From Chlorokybus atmophyticus (Eukaryota; Plantae; Mesostigma and Chlorokybus algae), in contig RHPI01001116.1 of the NCBI GenBank assembly GCA_009103225.1, positions 639,267 through 703,266 on the forward strand: DNA of 64,000 nt, given 5' to 3'. The notes under the pieces were generated by a model. It was not told where the DNA came from. It ran no database searches and saw nothing but the letters and a program-made list of their open reading frames with translations. Every line of letters begins with the position of its first letter. The stretch's first letter is position 1. Both the position numbers and the translations under genes were made by a program. Of the stretch, positions 1 through 12,477 are shown in pieces.

Positions 1-1527
1 AACCATGCGGCCCAGCCAACATCAGCCACCAACCTGAACACTCTCCGCAACCGAACGTTCTCGCCAACAGTCGCTGCAACACCCGCCACCGCGTCCCTCA
101 CGCCATGCTCTGCGAACTCGCCTTCTGGCATGCTGAGCTCCTGTGTGGCCCAACCAGGTTACTCACCCACACGATCTGCAGCGTACTGCTTGGTTGTGTG
201 CATGTGTGCTTGTGCGCGCACAAGCACACATGCACGCATGCTTGCACACGTGTGTATGTGTGCGCGCACACGCGTGCATGCATGTGTGCGTACCTGCGAG
301 CATGTGCATGCAAAATTCAATGAAGCACACACACAGGCGAACTTGGCCAACAAGCATTGCCTACCTCTACTGCGGCTAGTGGCAACTCGTGATCTGCTTG
401 GCTTTGCGCTGGGCATTGCAAGGCTGCCTGTGCAACAGCTCCGACCTTCGGTGCATCAACAACCAAACCACTCCGTGAGTCCGCTTTCAGCGTGCATGCA
501 CTTAATGAGCAAGCGGGCATCCTTTTACCCTTTTGCCACATCACTTACCAGCCGTTGGAAGCGGTCGTTCTTAGCCACAAAGTCCGTCTCGCTGTTGACC
601 TGCATTCAAGGTGAGGTCACACGTACATTGATTAGTCTGCAATGGCTTGTCATGCATAGACATGGCGTTGACAGTGAGAAGATGCCACAGAAACCCATGC
701 TTGCAATAGATCACATGCGAACATCCATGCAAACCAGACATTGCCCAATACGTTGACATGCATGACATGCACAGAGGTATCAGTATACCTCCACGACAGC
801 TGCCGAACGGTTGTCATGCGCCTTGGCTAGACCCAAAAGCCCCTCCGCAGCAGTCCGTTTCGCCTTCTTTGCAACAGCAGCCTGCCCCTTTTTCCTGAGC
901 TCTGTGAGTGCTCGATCTGCAACAAGTAGAAACATGACTCGGACCAGCTTTTGCAAAATCAGCGCATACACAGCCTCCACGCACACAATGCTACGTATAT
1001 AACATCACATGACTGACAAAGTACCATGCTGAAAATATAAGACATCTGCTGTGAGAAAAACTGTGAATGCAACATGCAGTATGTTGGAGCTGTTGTTGTT
1101 GCATGCATGCAATCAACTCGAGTTGGCCACCAGTACAATGCAACCATGCCATGATTGTTAACTACTACAAAGCAACAGACAACGTGCATTGGTCGCTGTG
1201 ATGCCGCAGAGCCAAAGTCCTGTGCGCATGCATGGCATTGGACTTCCACAGGGCGTATGGTATCTGCTGCTAACAATTGCGGCACACATGCAAGCTACAA
1301 AGTACATCGGCGATACGCAATCGCCAATCTAATGGATGCATGCGTAATGCAAGCAAATGAGGGTAATTCACCCTACCTATGTCGCCTCCAGTGGCCTCAA
1401 GCGCAGCTTTGACATCAATCATAGCTGCGCCGGAGCGCTCCCTGAGCTCCCTGATGGCGGCGACATTCAGGCTCCCGCTCGCTCCAGCATAACTCCTTAC
1501 CGCAGCAGCGAGGCGAGCGGCAGCCAT
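1..1527 (-). CDS. TSFM: Elongation factor Ts, mitochondrial-type (multi-exon, 3' end runs off the window)
   Basis: Spliced exons 1527-1377, 916-789, 599-549, ~447-364 and ~141-40 read MAAARL...AAIRELRERSGAAMIDVKAALEATGGDI-DRALTELRKKG...KRTAAEGLLG...AAVVE-VNSETDFVAKNDRFQ...AATVGENVRLRR. These are the classic EF-Ts UBA and NSETDFVAKN motifs, with GT-AG junctions in frame. Confidence 0.93.
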
Positions 1528-1606
1528 GACGCCGCTCCCGCCGCCTACCCCGCGCCGCACGCCCTGCATGCCACCGCCGCCACCACTGTGCCATACACAC
1601 CCAGCA

Positions 1607-1615
1607 TTAGGGTTT
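1607..1615. promoter_or_regulatory. Telo-box-like motif (TTAGGGTTT = AAACCCTAA on minus strand) in the EF-Ts divergent promoter
   Basis: Exact telo-box about 80 bp upstream of the EF-Ts ATG. Plant telo-boxes are known to be enriched upstream of translation-machinery genes. Confidence 0.4.
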
Positions 1616-1961
1616 GTTTCTTCAGACTGCAAGCAATGCCCGACCGCAGTGACACACGTATAATTAGCAGTGTGCGCTCCCATGGTGGCGCGCTGTGCGC
1701 TTGTTGTGTCACCACCTGCGGCAGGGCATTACGTTGGCTGTTGTATGTAGCAGCTGGGAGCTACAGTGCACTGCGACGGACTTACCGAAGCATGTTGGCG
1801 GCGGTGGTGGCGATGTCGTCCCGGATGACTGTGGTAGCGTGGAGTTGTGGACGCATGATGTCTGCACGCCGTGTGCTTGGGCGACGTCGAACCGCCGCCG
1901 GCACTGGGAGGCATGGAGCGTGAGAGTTACGGATTGCTGCTGGTGCGAGCAGTGCTAGCGG

Positions 1962-4620
1962 ATGAATCTGTGCCTGAGGCCGGCACTGGCGCTGCTGGTC
2001 TCGGTGTTGCTGCTGGCAAGCTGGACTCCATGCTTTAGGGTAAAGTTGGGATGGGACGGGCATAGACGCAGGCAGCATTGCACGATAGGTGCCTGCTGTG
2101 ACTGAGTATGTTATGCCAGTGGCCGTTTGGCTGCTTTACACTAAGGAGCTGATGCTGTGAGACTGGATTGCTGATTTACAGGCAGTAGGATGCTTGTAGT
2201 CGCTGGTTGCAGCATTGCAATCAAGCAAACGTTGATTCTCACGTTGCAGGCTGTCTCTGTCACTGTCAACATGCGTACCTCGAGGTGGGCGTTTTCACAG
2301 TCGTGGAATGTGCATGTGTCAGCTTGACTGTTATCTTTGATTGCAGTAATGGCAGGGATACCTGGAAAATGCACAAACAGATCGAACTTTGCTTATTATC
2401 GTTACTCACGCAACAAGTGTTCAATCAGCGTCACAGCTGTTACACTAAACATTGTGCAACCCCTCTTTGTGCGTCGCAGGCGCAGAGCACGCGACCTTCC
2501 GCCCTATTTGAACAAGTGCATGCATGGGTGCGCAATGATCAGCCGTTCCTCAACTTCATTAGCAAGAGTGTCAGCAGAGTTCCGCAACAACAAACTTCAG
2601 CCTTCTTGCGTGTATGCCACATTCCACTGCGTTCTTGTATTTCGCGTGCACTTTGGTGGTGGTGCTGATCCAGCATTCCACAGGCTGCAGGAAGGCTCGC
2701 CTTGGATGGTTTGCAAACAAATTCAACGTCATCCACAGGCGCGTTGTTAACCTATCGCACCCAACTGGAGCTGATACAGGCAAATGCCAATGCAGCTAGA
2801 GACAGGCCCTTGGCCCTGGTAAGTTTTGTGCGCTTGCATGCAAGCAAGTCTCAATTGCACAGTGCAAATGCCTGCCTGATGCGTGTCTTACTTGTGCGTC
2901 ATTGTAATCCATGATAGTCTCATGGCTACCAGTGGACTCCTCTCAGGCTATCAATGCAACCCTTCAAGCCGCCAGTGCATTGACTGAGGCCAACAATGAA
3001 GGCAGCACTGCACGACCGCTAGCGACCTCACTTCTCTTCAACGCGCTTTACGATTTTGTGTATCGAGGGAACATTGTAGCAGCTGCTGCCAACGTATTAA
3101 CACCTTCATCCTTGCTTGAGGTAAGTGACCCTTCTTCGCTTGTGTGTCTTCATAGCAGCTGCTTCCATTGTACATTTACACTTTCGTCCTTGCTTGAAGT
3201 AGTTCACCCTTTCGCATGTATGTGCATTGGACGCACTTCTGGCATAACTTACTGTCTGTTTTCTCAGCGCGTGCAAGCAGCAGATGCATATTGCCATCAT
3301 TCGCGCACAGCCCTCCCGACAGATGCTTGTCTGGACAGCTACCTGAGTGTCATGTTTACTGCCCGCCAGTTTGCTTTGACGGTAAGTGCTTGCAAGCCAA
3401 AGATTGTTACATATTAGTGGAGTGAGTGATGGTCTGGCTGATAGGCACTCTGTGTCACATTCTGTAAACTTTGCCACAGGTTCTGAAGTACACTCGGGTC
3501 ATATCCAATCAATATTGTGTTGTGCGCGCCCTAGATGAGGGGTTCCAACGCGCTTATGCAGGGCTTTTGCCAGAGATCAGCACCGTTGACACCATTAAGA
3601 CGTATCTCACGCGCGCAGTCAACATGAAAGGTAGCAACGCATGCCTTACTTTGTCACATGACAGCACTGCATGCATCACAGCCGGCTTGACATGCAGATC
3701 TTGACGACCTGTCGACAAGTTGCTTCTATCAAGCTGGATACACCCGCGTGTGCACTTCCTGCTGGTACAGTGAACCGCCACTTGAAGACACGCATGCTGC
3801 CACCTCGCAGCCGCATCGTTCAAGGTATGACCGCGGGACTACCATGAGCCTTCAACAGTGTGTATGTCATGCCAACACCCATGCCATCAGCAACTGCGCC
3901 TCGTTGTTACATGTGATCCCCACACTGGCACTTCTCCACACCGAGTGAACACTACTGCTTTTGCCAGCCAGGCAGTCATACACATTGACATGATGCCATT
4001 CACACGTGCAGGGGCCAGCCTCTTCTGCGTTGGTATGCGCTACCACTAGTGCTTGGCTTCCTAGTGCTGTCTGCTGTGGTGATTGCCATCGTGCTACAGC
4101 TTCTGGCTCGCAAAGCTCAAAGGCAAGCCGCACAGCGCGCTCGCAACAACCCAACGTTGGAGGATGCAGCCGTGGTTGCTGAAGGCGTATCCGTGCTGAG
4201 TACAGAGATTGAATGGTGCATCATGGTGATGCCGGATGGCGAAGAGGTTGTGGCGATTGTCGACACGTCACACGTGAAGAAGACAACAACAGATGTTGCA
4301 GGCAACAACGCCTTTGACTTGCGACTCGACAGGCTTTCCTTGTCATCATTGCATTCGGAAAGATCGCCTCATTCAGCTGAACAGCCTGTTTGCAGCGGCG
4401 GCTCAGTTGCGCCTGTAAGGTATGCGTTGCCACCACCAATGAACGCATACAGCAGCCAGTGTAAACGTTGCATGTGTGTTGGGATCTGCATGCTGTGGGT
4501 TGTGGCGTTAGGCACACAATATGTTTGCCATTTGCCTGCAGGTTGTTTTTGAGCAATGATGCGCAGGGGAGGGACCGGCAGGGGAGTGAACCCATTGAGC
4601 TGGTGTTCGTCGTTCGATGA
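1962..4620 (+). CDS. Uncharacterised type-I membrane protein (signal peptide, Cys-containing ectodomain, one TM helix, short cytoplasmic tail)
   Basis: Signal-like MNLCLRPALALLVSVLLLASWTPCFR|gt. Exons at ~2690-2818, ~2915-3120, 3268-3381, 3480-3630, ~3698-3826, 4010-4418 (WYALPLVLGFLVLSAVVIAIVLQLLARK TM) and 4541-4620 have GT-AG ends. Early exons (2040-2690) are not fully resolved. Confidence 0.65.
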
Positions 4621-5477
4621 CTTTGTGTGCCTTATACATGTGTGTACTTTAGATGACAGCGCAGCTAGCTGTCCGGTACGCCAGCCAGTTGGCGCATCGT
4701 AGTGACCAGAGCTGATGTCTTCAGCCCGGCCACACATATCAGGAGATGTATGCTCCTGCTATCTAGGGTATGGTGGGAATATAACTTGAGTTATCCATGC
4801 TTTTCAGGGATACACTTATAAGGATACGTGCATTATTGCATTCTTCAGGTTGCTGTGCCCGATGCATTTCATTTCTGCGTTGAGAGCGGTCCTCATCGCA
4901 TGTGTATATGTGAACAGCTTGGGATGTTTGCAAGCTTTTGCCGTTGAACTGCGAACACCCAAAGCCTTTTTGCAAGCTGGACCACAGCCAAGCAAGACCT
5001 TGGTTGGCTGTTCGCTCTCTTTATGCAATGACGGTGTTGCATAGGATATGTTAGAGCATGTAGAGCTAGCTTCCCCCTGCCTTCATGAACACAGGTAGAC
5101 AGCAGACAACAACTTGATTAAGTTGTCGCTTGTGCATGCACTCTACACCATATGCATCAGGCACAACACAGTTGCACGCTTTGCATGTGGTTTATCAAAT
5201 CAGCCTGTATGTGCGGTGCTATTGTGTACGCGCATGCCAGCTTTGTCGTTAATGCAATTGCTGTGTGCCTAGTAGGCACTGCCTACCGTAACAGCAACAT
5301 GATGAGTCGCCCAGTGGCAGTGTGTTGTTACACCTCATTCAGATCTCCCGCTGACTTCTTGACCGCACCAAGCCGTCCGATGCAAGCTACCAGCATCGGA
5401 CGGCCTTAGGAGTCCCGACGATATCCACACGACAAACGCAACAGTGTCACCGCCACGTGGCATCCAGTGGCCGCACC

Positions 5478-6738
5478 ATGGCGACGGCGGCGGCGGCGGC
5501 GGTGCTGCCGTCCCCGGCACCGGCCACATTGCCGTTGGCCAGGCTTACGCCGTCACTGCCGCAGTTGCACAGACGCTCCGCTGGCCCCAGCAGTTTGCTG
5601 ACAGCCCGTCCAGGCAGCAAGGGCAGGCCGCTGCTTGTTGTCGGCGCGTCACGGCGAGGGTTTGGGCCCAAAACGGAGCGTAGGAAACCTGCCAAAGAGG
5701 AGCCTCTGCAATCTGAGGACGCATCTCAACCAAGTCAGTGTTTAAGTAGCTGTCAGTGGGCGAGTGTGGAACTCAGATGTTGCTGCTTGCATTCTTGGTG
5801 GCAACCCGTTCCGATTGAATGTGCATTCAAGCTTTCGGCCCATATCATGCCATTGCTTGGTGGCTTGTCGTTTGATGTGGAGCGTCGCGTTGTCGCATGC
5901 CTTGGACAGTTGAAAACAACGTTGGCTGCTCGAAGCAGAGGCCATCGCACATGGCCATGACAGAGTCTCCTGATAAATGTCTTCAGGGTTTTTCTTCGAC
6001 GAAGAGTAGGGCTCTTCGAAGAAGAACCCTGAATGCCCTTTCTATGGCCATTGGTTCCAATGCTTGATGACTCGCGTTGCATATGCGCGAGTTTCCAAGA
6101 CTAGTTTTCTGCCAGGTGCGATCGCGCAGGAAGAGGATGAAGACTTTGACAATGACTCATTCGACGACATGGGTGAGGGCCCAAGCGGTGAGGTCCCGCA
6201 GGTTGTCACCGACCGCATGCTCAAGCGCATGCTTCTGTTCTCCGGCGTCCCGCTGCTGATAGGCCTGCTAACCTTCCCTGGACTGTACTACCTACAGGTG
6301 ATGCAACGCAGTGTGCTGCGCAACAACATTATCTCCCAAACAATATGCGTAAATTTGTTTTGTTCATGCATGCGCTTCTTGTTTTGGGTGCATGCATGCA
6401 TGTGTACGTGTGTGCGGGTGCACGCATGCTTGCATGCATTGCAAACGTGTGTGCGATTATGCGTGCGTGCACTTGCGTGCACGTGGTTATCTCTCTGGCT
6501 CATGTGCATGTTATGGATCTCTGCTTCTCTGTTGCAGAAAGTGCAGCACTGGGACGTGGCGCCGTCAGTGGCGTTTGTCCTTTCGATAGTGGCGTTTGGC
6601 ACGGCGGCATTGGGCATCAGTTACGGGGTGATAAGTGCCAGCTGGGACCCAAGCAGGGAGGGCACCTTCATTGGGTGGAGGGAGGCCAGGGCCAACCTGC
6701 CTGTGCTGCTTGATACGTGGAAGCGTCAGCGCCGATGA
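5478..6738 (+). CDS. PAM68: PAM68 (DUF3464) thylakoid PSII assembly factor, 3 exons
   Basis: Transit-peptide-like N-terminus, RRGFGPK, acidic stretch, VPQVVTDRMLKRMLLFSGVP, and GISYGVISASWDPSREGTFIGWREARANLP, which are diagnostic DUF3464 motifs. Confidence 0.93.
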
Positions 6739-7089
6739 CAAGGCATCACTGCCTGGCTGTTCTGCAACCTTTAACTGGTACATCGTGCTAGAAGTTATGT
6801 TTACCGATCATATAGAGTGGTTGGGTGGGTTTGGGTGTCCCCTGTGCAGCAAAGCGTGAGACACAGCTTGCATGCGCATCCTGGCTTAGGGAGAGAGACG
6901 GCCAAGACAGAGTGTTGTTTAGAATCTTTACCTATCCTCCCCGTCTTTATCTGTGAGTGCATGCGTATGCTGGCAGAAAGTCTCAGTCCTTGCGAGTGTA
7001 AAAAAGGTTTCAAGCCTCACATGCTCTGGCAAGGACTGTCATTCACAACCACACACATTGTGACATTTACAACCCGCACATACAACACG

Positions 7090-7320
7090 ATATGGTATAT
7101 ACTCGACCACGGGGCTAAACTACCCACACTATTACTACTGTACTCGCCTTCATCAGTTAGTCACACAGCATGCTAGTGTCCAAGTGATTCACCTGCAGCA
7201 CGGCGATTGGTTAGTGGCCAGCCCTTGCAGCATCCATCCGTAGCAGCAGCAGCAGCAGCAGACCAACCGGACTCCCTTTCCTCCCCCCACAGCGCCACCT
7301 CCGCCCTGCTCAGTGCTCGC
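7090..7320 (+). repeat. Dispersed repeat family copy (CACC(A)CGGGC...GTTAG...TCACCTGCAGCAC...GGACTCCC-C-rich)
   Basis: Same ordered motifs as the copies at ~25860, ~37840, ~39040 (minus) and ~44225. Confidence 0.55.
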
Positions 7321-7892
7321 GCATCATGCACTGTGCAGTCGATGTGTATGCGCCAAAGCACACATGTGCTGCATGTGTGCTTTAGTGCATACATACATGC
7401 AAGTAGATAGCTGAGGCCACTCATGGTTGTGACCTGCATGCTGTTCAGGTGACTTGTTGCCAGCTCTGCCATACTACTGGTGTCATGGTGCATAGCAACG
7501 CAGCTCAGCATACTCCCCTCAACACATTGAATAACAGCAGTGAGCAGGGCCAGGCCTGCCTGAGTTAGGTGCGCACCATTCAATCTGACATGCACTATTG
7601 TATGGACGTTAGATGCGCACCAGTCAACCTAACATACGCTATTGTATGGACGTGCAGAGGTGCCTACACTAGTGTATACTATTGTGTTTCAACTGCGGTG
7701 ATACATCTTGGGCTAGTATACATAACCTGGCGTGCATGCCCACGAATGAATTATATGCACAACGTCAGCAACCACGCAGCTATCATAACTACATTACACT
7801 CAGGGGTGCTGGACACATGTTGAGGCAGTCTGTGTCACGCCAATACGAGCAGCGTTTACAAAAGCCGCAAAATTGTGTACATTTCAGCGTCC

Positions 7893-10800
7893 TTAAGACA
7901 GGTCCTCAATGGAGGCAAGAAGGCCATCTATCTCTTTGTTCAGAGACAGATTCTTGGCGTCTCGAGGAGCAATCCGGCTGATAATCTCCTTCTCTGGCAT
8001 GTCCTTCTTTGTGTACTCCTGCTTCTGCAGCGCAAGCTGCTGCACCAACAACTGTCGCTCGCGCTCCTTGGCATCAAGGTCACGCACCTGTAGCCATGCA
8101 CAAACACACATCACCAACATGTACACAAAACATACCCTGATGTGCTGAAACTGTGGTCATGTTGGTGTTGTCGAATAGCACCAACATGCAGAATGCAATG
8201 TACTCATGATGCTGTTGATAAACAGCCACTGCAGCAAAAGCACACCTTGGCAACAAGAGCCGGCGAGCCTTTAGCCTCAAGTCCAGCGAATATGGTCTTC
8301 AACTCAACGGACGTGTCCTTCAACTCACCTTCCGTCTTCTTGCGCGCAATCTCATATGTCACCTGGTTGCGTGAACTGTACAACTCCCGTAAGGAGTAGT
8401 CGAGACGGTCATAAGCATTCTTGCGGCGAAGGAAGACGCCAGCCAACCGCTCTACCAAGGCTGACACCTGCCAACATTATGATGCTTAATCTAATCTTGG
8501 TTGCACTCAAGTGCAATCTGATGGACATTGTTGAGAGACACACCATTGGCACGCTCACCTCCTTGCGCGAGAGCTTGGCTTGATAAGCAGGGCCCTTTGA
8601 GATAGGGAAGTCAAACCGCACATACGCCAAGCAGGCAGCAAAGAATATGGTGAATGCCACCACCAAAAGAGCTACCTTTCGCAGCTCGGACAGCGCTGAG
8701 GACTTGTAAACCACCTGAGGCATTACCCATACATCAGGTTGGCAACTAACACCACAACCCCAAACTGCAGCTCGCACAAGTCCTCACCTTCAATTTGACA
8801 TTGTGTTCGCTGACAACATTCTGCTTGTTCAGCACCAACACGGGACGTCCAACCGTGTCCAGGTAAGAAAACTTCACCTGCTTGCATGACAGAGTTAGAA
8901 CATGGAATGTTGAGAAAAGGATGACAGTAACCAAACAGTAATCCAAAAGAATGGCATTAACCCAACATTCACATTGACAGCACGTACATCATCGCTTCTG
9001 GAGACAGCAAAAGGCAACTCATAGTGTATGCCGGAAGCGCCCTCCGGCAGGGCAATGCGAACGGTCAAGTCCTCCACCGTGACATCTTCAATCGGGCTGG
9101 CGAACGGGAGCTGCAAGACCAGCTCACCCGACTTGCGCTTGGTCAAGTACTTGTCCAGAGGAAGCGAGTAGCCAAACGTGAATGCCGTGCGCCAACCGCC
9201 CATAAGAGGAAACCTTGGAGAGATTTGAAGCTCAACCTGCATGCAACCTCAACTGAGCTCTGCCTCATGACCGTGACGAGGTGATGTAGTGTGTAAACAG
9301 TGCCATGTGTACCTTATCTGCGGCAACTCGCAGATGCGATGTTGAAATGTTGCCAATCGCATCTCTGTAGTAAGCGGAATGCGCTCCAGCTGGCAGCGTC
9401 GCATGCAGCTCATTCAACGATGCAATGGCAAAGGCCTGAGGAGCCCGCTGAAAGTCCAGCCTGTAAACCAGCTGAAGTCAATCCATGGCCCTAAAAACAA
9501 CCAGTTCACATACAGTTGCAGGCGCCAGCTGTGAAGGCAAAGAAACGTGCAATAATTGTATGAGCACCTGGAAAACTGCCCCTTGTGTTTGGCACCTCCA
9601 TGCCGAAGCTCGTAGTACTCCTCAACTTGCACGCTACCCCAATGAGACACCTGGATCTCACGCACCAGGCGGTCCACAACGGCAAACGGCTTGGCGTGCT
9701 CATAATGCACGACGAGGGGTGAGATTGTGTAAGGTGCGATGTCTGAGTACTGTCCATACGTAATCTGTTCGCCCGATACTTTGGTTGGCGGCTCTTCTGT
9801 CTTTGACTCAATTGTTGAGCTTGCCAGCAGCACCTGCATGATGCAATACCTCAGTGATGCTGTGCATGCAAAGCTGGCTGGGAAAATCAAACAAAGGACA
9901 CTTACCTTTGTTGTCTGCTTTTGGGTCAAGTACGGCGAGAGGAAAAAGTGGTTGTCAGTGTACTTCACCTTCGGCACGTCGGATTGCAACACCTCTTCTG
10001 GAAACGGCTGAACAAACATGTGACAAGCGCATATTAGCATGAGGCAACGTGTGCATGCATGTGGGGGCACGTACGCATGAGCACCAACTGTCTCTACATT
10101 CGCATTTGTCAATGGGCAATACATGCTTGTGCTGCTTGTACCTCCAAAACTTGTGTGACAATCAACTCGAGGTCTATTGTTGCTGACTTGCCAGCTTCTA
10201 CAGGCTTGCTGAGAGCGACCTCGTACACAGCAATGCCGCTTGGAGCTGTGGTCACAGAATCCACTTTGGTTGTGGTTGCGGACAAATCATCGACATCTGC
10301 ATCAACATGCGCCAGGCGAGATGCATGGTTGGCGGGAAGCCCGAAGCGGTATGCTGTCACACTAGCCTTGCCCTTATTCTCAAACTGTCAACACAGCACC
10401 AAAATTTACACCAATTCAATCCACATGAGGCAGATATCACTGCTCACATCACACTTACAAGCATTATCCTACTAGCACTGATATTGCAACACTGCTTGTG
10501 GCATTGCAACTGTATTGCAGTCACATGCAAGGGTATCAAGTGGAAACTCAAGGTCAGCCAAACACAGTCAATACAAGTGATGCAGCAGCGTTGCATTGAA
10601 TGCACCGTACCTTTATAGTTGTTGAAAGCCTGGCGAAGGACTCGGAAATGTCGACCTGCGAAAATGGGTAACAACGATCAGGACTGCAGGGTCAGTTCAG
10701 ACAATACATTTCCACTACTGCATGCACAATCTACAAAAACTTAGACCCAACATGCTATAGCCTATCGCCTCGTCATGCCTGTACAACGACAACTAACAAC

Positions 10801-11233
10801 ACAAGTGCGCATGCAAGTCAAGCTAAAAGCTCCACCAGCAGAAGAGAAAGACAGTGCAAACACGTTCTCAAGTACACGACTCTGTACACGTGTTTACATG
10901 CATAGCAAGCCTCCTTTTTGGAATGCACGCTTGGATGTGATGCTGCGTTTGGAGAAGTCCAGGCACTCACAAAAATGTGAATATCATGCATGCAGCTGCT
11001 GGGTGCACACACCATGCACGCATGCACGCCGACACACAATGCCAGAAGAAGAAGTTTCAGACATACAGTAGATGCGTTGTCTCCTTGCTATGTTACGGTA
11101 TTCAGCTGAATCAACTCCAACCTACCTCACGGGTGATCTCCGTGTTAACAATGTCCGTGTCCACAGCCGCCACAGAGGACAGAGCGGCGACCAAGACACA
11201 CAAGACAGCCGCAAGCTGCCCAGCTGCCTTCAT
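7893..11233 (-). CDS. RPN1: Ribophorin I / oligosaccharyltransferase subunit 1 (about 11 exons)
   Basis: Signal MKAAGQLAAVLCVLVAALS; exons encode PFPEEVLQSD, IQVSHWGSVQVEEYYELRHGGAKHKGQFS, AYYRDAIGNISTSHLR, PRFPLMGGWRTAFTFGYSLP, SYLDTVGRPVLVL, a TM segment and a C-terminal coiled coil ending at 7893. Confidence 0.96.
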
Positions 11234-11527
11234 AATCGTGGAGGGCCACCGTCTCCGCCGCCTCCACCGGCTCCACCGCCTCCGCCGGCTTATCGGTGGC
11301 AGGATCAGGGTTTTGCTCGTGTGCGGGCGTCCCAGCACGAACGTAAACCGTTGGATTAGCTGCAGTAACTGTCGTAAAGGCGGTGCATCCATGGTCGCCA
11401 CAGTAATGTCGCCAACAGGAAGCGCTAGCTTTGCTTTTTATTCACCACGCTGAATGAAAATCAATTACGTGATAAGTCGCTGTAAAACTTATGCAGCAAA
11501 AGGTGCGCAAGTTTTGCAAGCAACCTA

Positions 11528-11556
11528 TAGCCCCTAGCCCCTAGCCCCTAGCCCTA
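11528..11556 (+). repeat. Short telomere-like heptamer array (CCCCTAG)x3+ upstream of RPN1
   Basis: tagcccctagcccctagcccctagcccta seen directly. Confidence 0.7.
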
Positions 11557-12477
11557 TGCTTGTAACCACCAACATGGTAATCTCTTATATAAATGATAAT
11601 ATATCCCCTTGTCATCATGATAATCAACAGGGTGATGAGAAGAATGTTAAAAAATTTATTGTCACGTACTTGCCATGACAACTTGCATACCGTATTGGTA
11701 CTTATGCACAAGCACTAGGAGTTACAACACACAATATGCGGAAGCGATAACTTAGCGCTTGAACAGCACATCGAGATTGACATTAATGAGCACCTCATCT
11801 CTAGCCTCAGCCACACTCGCACCCAACATGCACACGTATACAGACATGTGTACAGAATATATGACGTGCTGTGTGAACATGTGCGTGTCAGAGCGTGTGA
11901 CAACTTGAGCACAGTGAAGTGAAGTGACACGCACAACCACATTGAGCCTCAACAGCAATGCACACCTACGCACACTACCACATAAAGGCTGGTAGGGAGA
12001 GCCCTTTTACCAACGGCTAACCAGGCACCCCACATACAAATAGTAAAGTTATCACTGCACACACATAATGATGTCCAATAGCAACCGCCATTGAAGGCTC
12101 AGATTTTGTACCCTTGCTGCTCTTTGACTTGGTACACAACGATGGCTCGCAAGGCTCTTGCAACCATGCAAGCATAATAGTCACACGCTGCGCTTACCTT
12201 TCAACAGATGGCAACACATTCCCTGCACAAGGCTTATCAACCTCAACAACCAGAGTATCACCCATCTTGAAGTTGTTAATTGAACATGATAAAGTGAACA
12301 TGCAGCTGTCACGTCATCAACCTCGAAATATACATATATGCGTGTAACAGATATCTATGCATATGTGCGCTCACTGAGCGCTTTTTGTTACATAAAGCAT
12401 TTGTGGCAATATTGCAATCATTACATGTGTTATTGAGTTGTGTTGCTTGTGCTCATGCTTGTGCGCATGTATGCAGG

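Noticed and set aside
98-756. Cys/His/Ala-rich ORFs such as 130-756, 43128-43613 and 54864-55268
   Set aside because: Translations of intronic (CA/TG/CATG) tracts or antisense to real exons.
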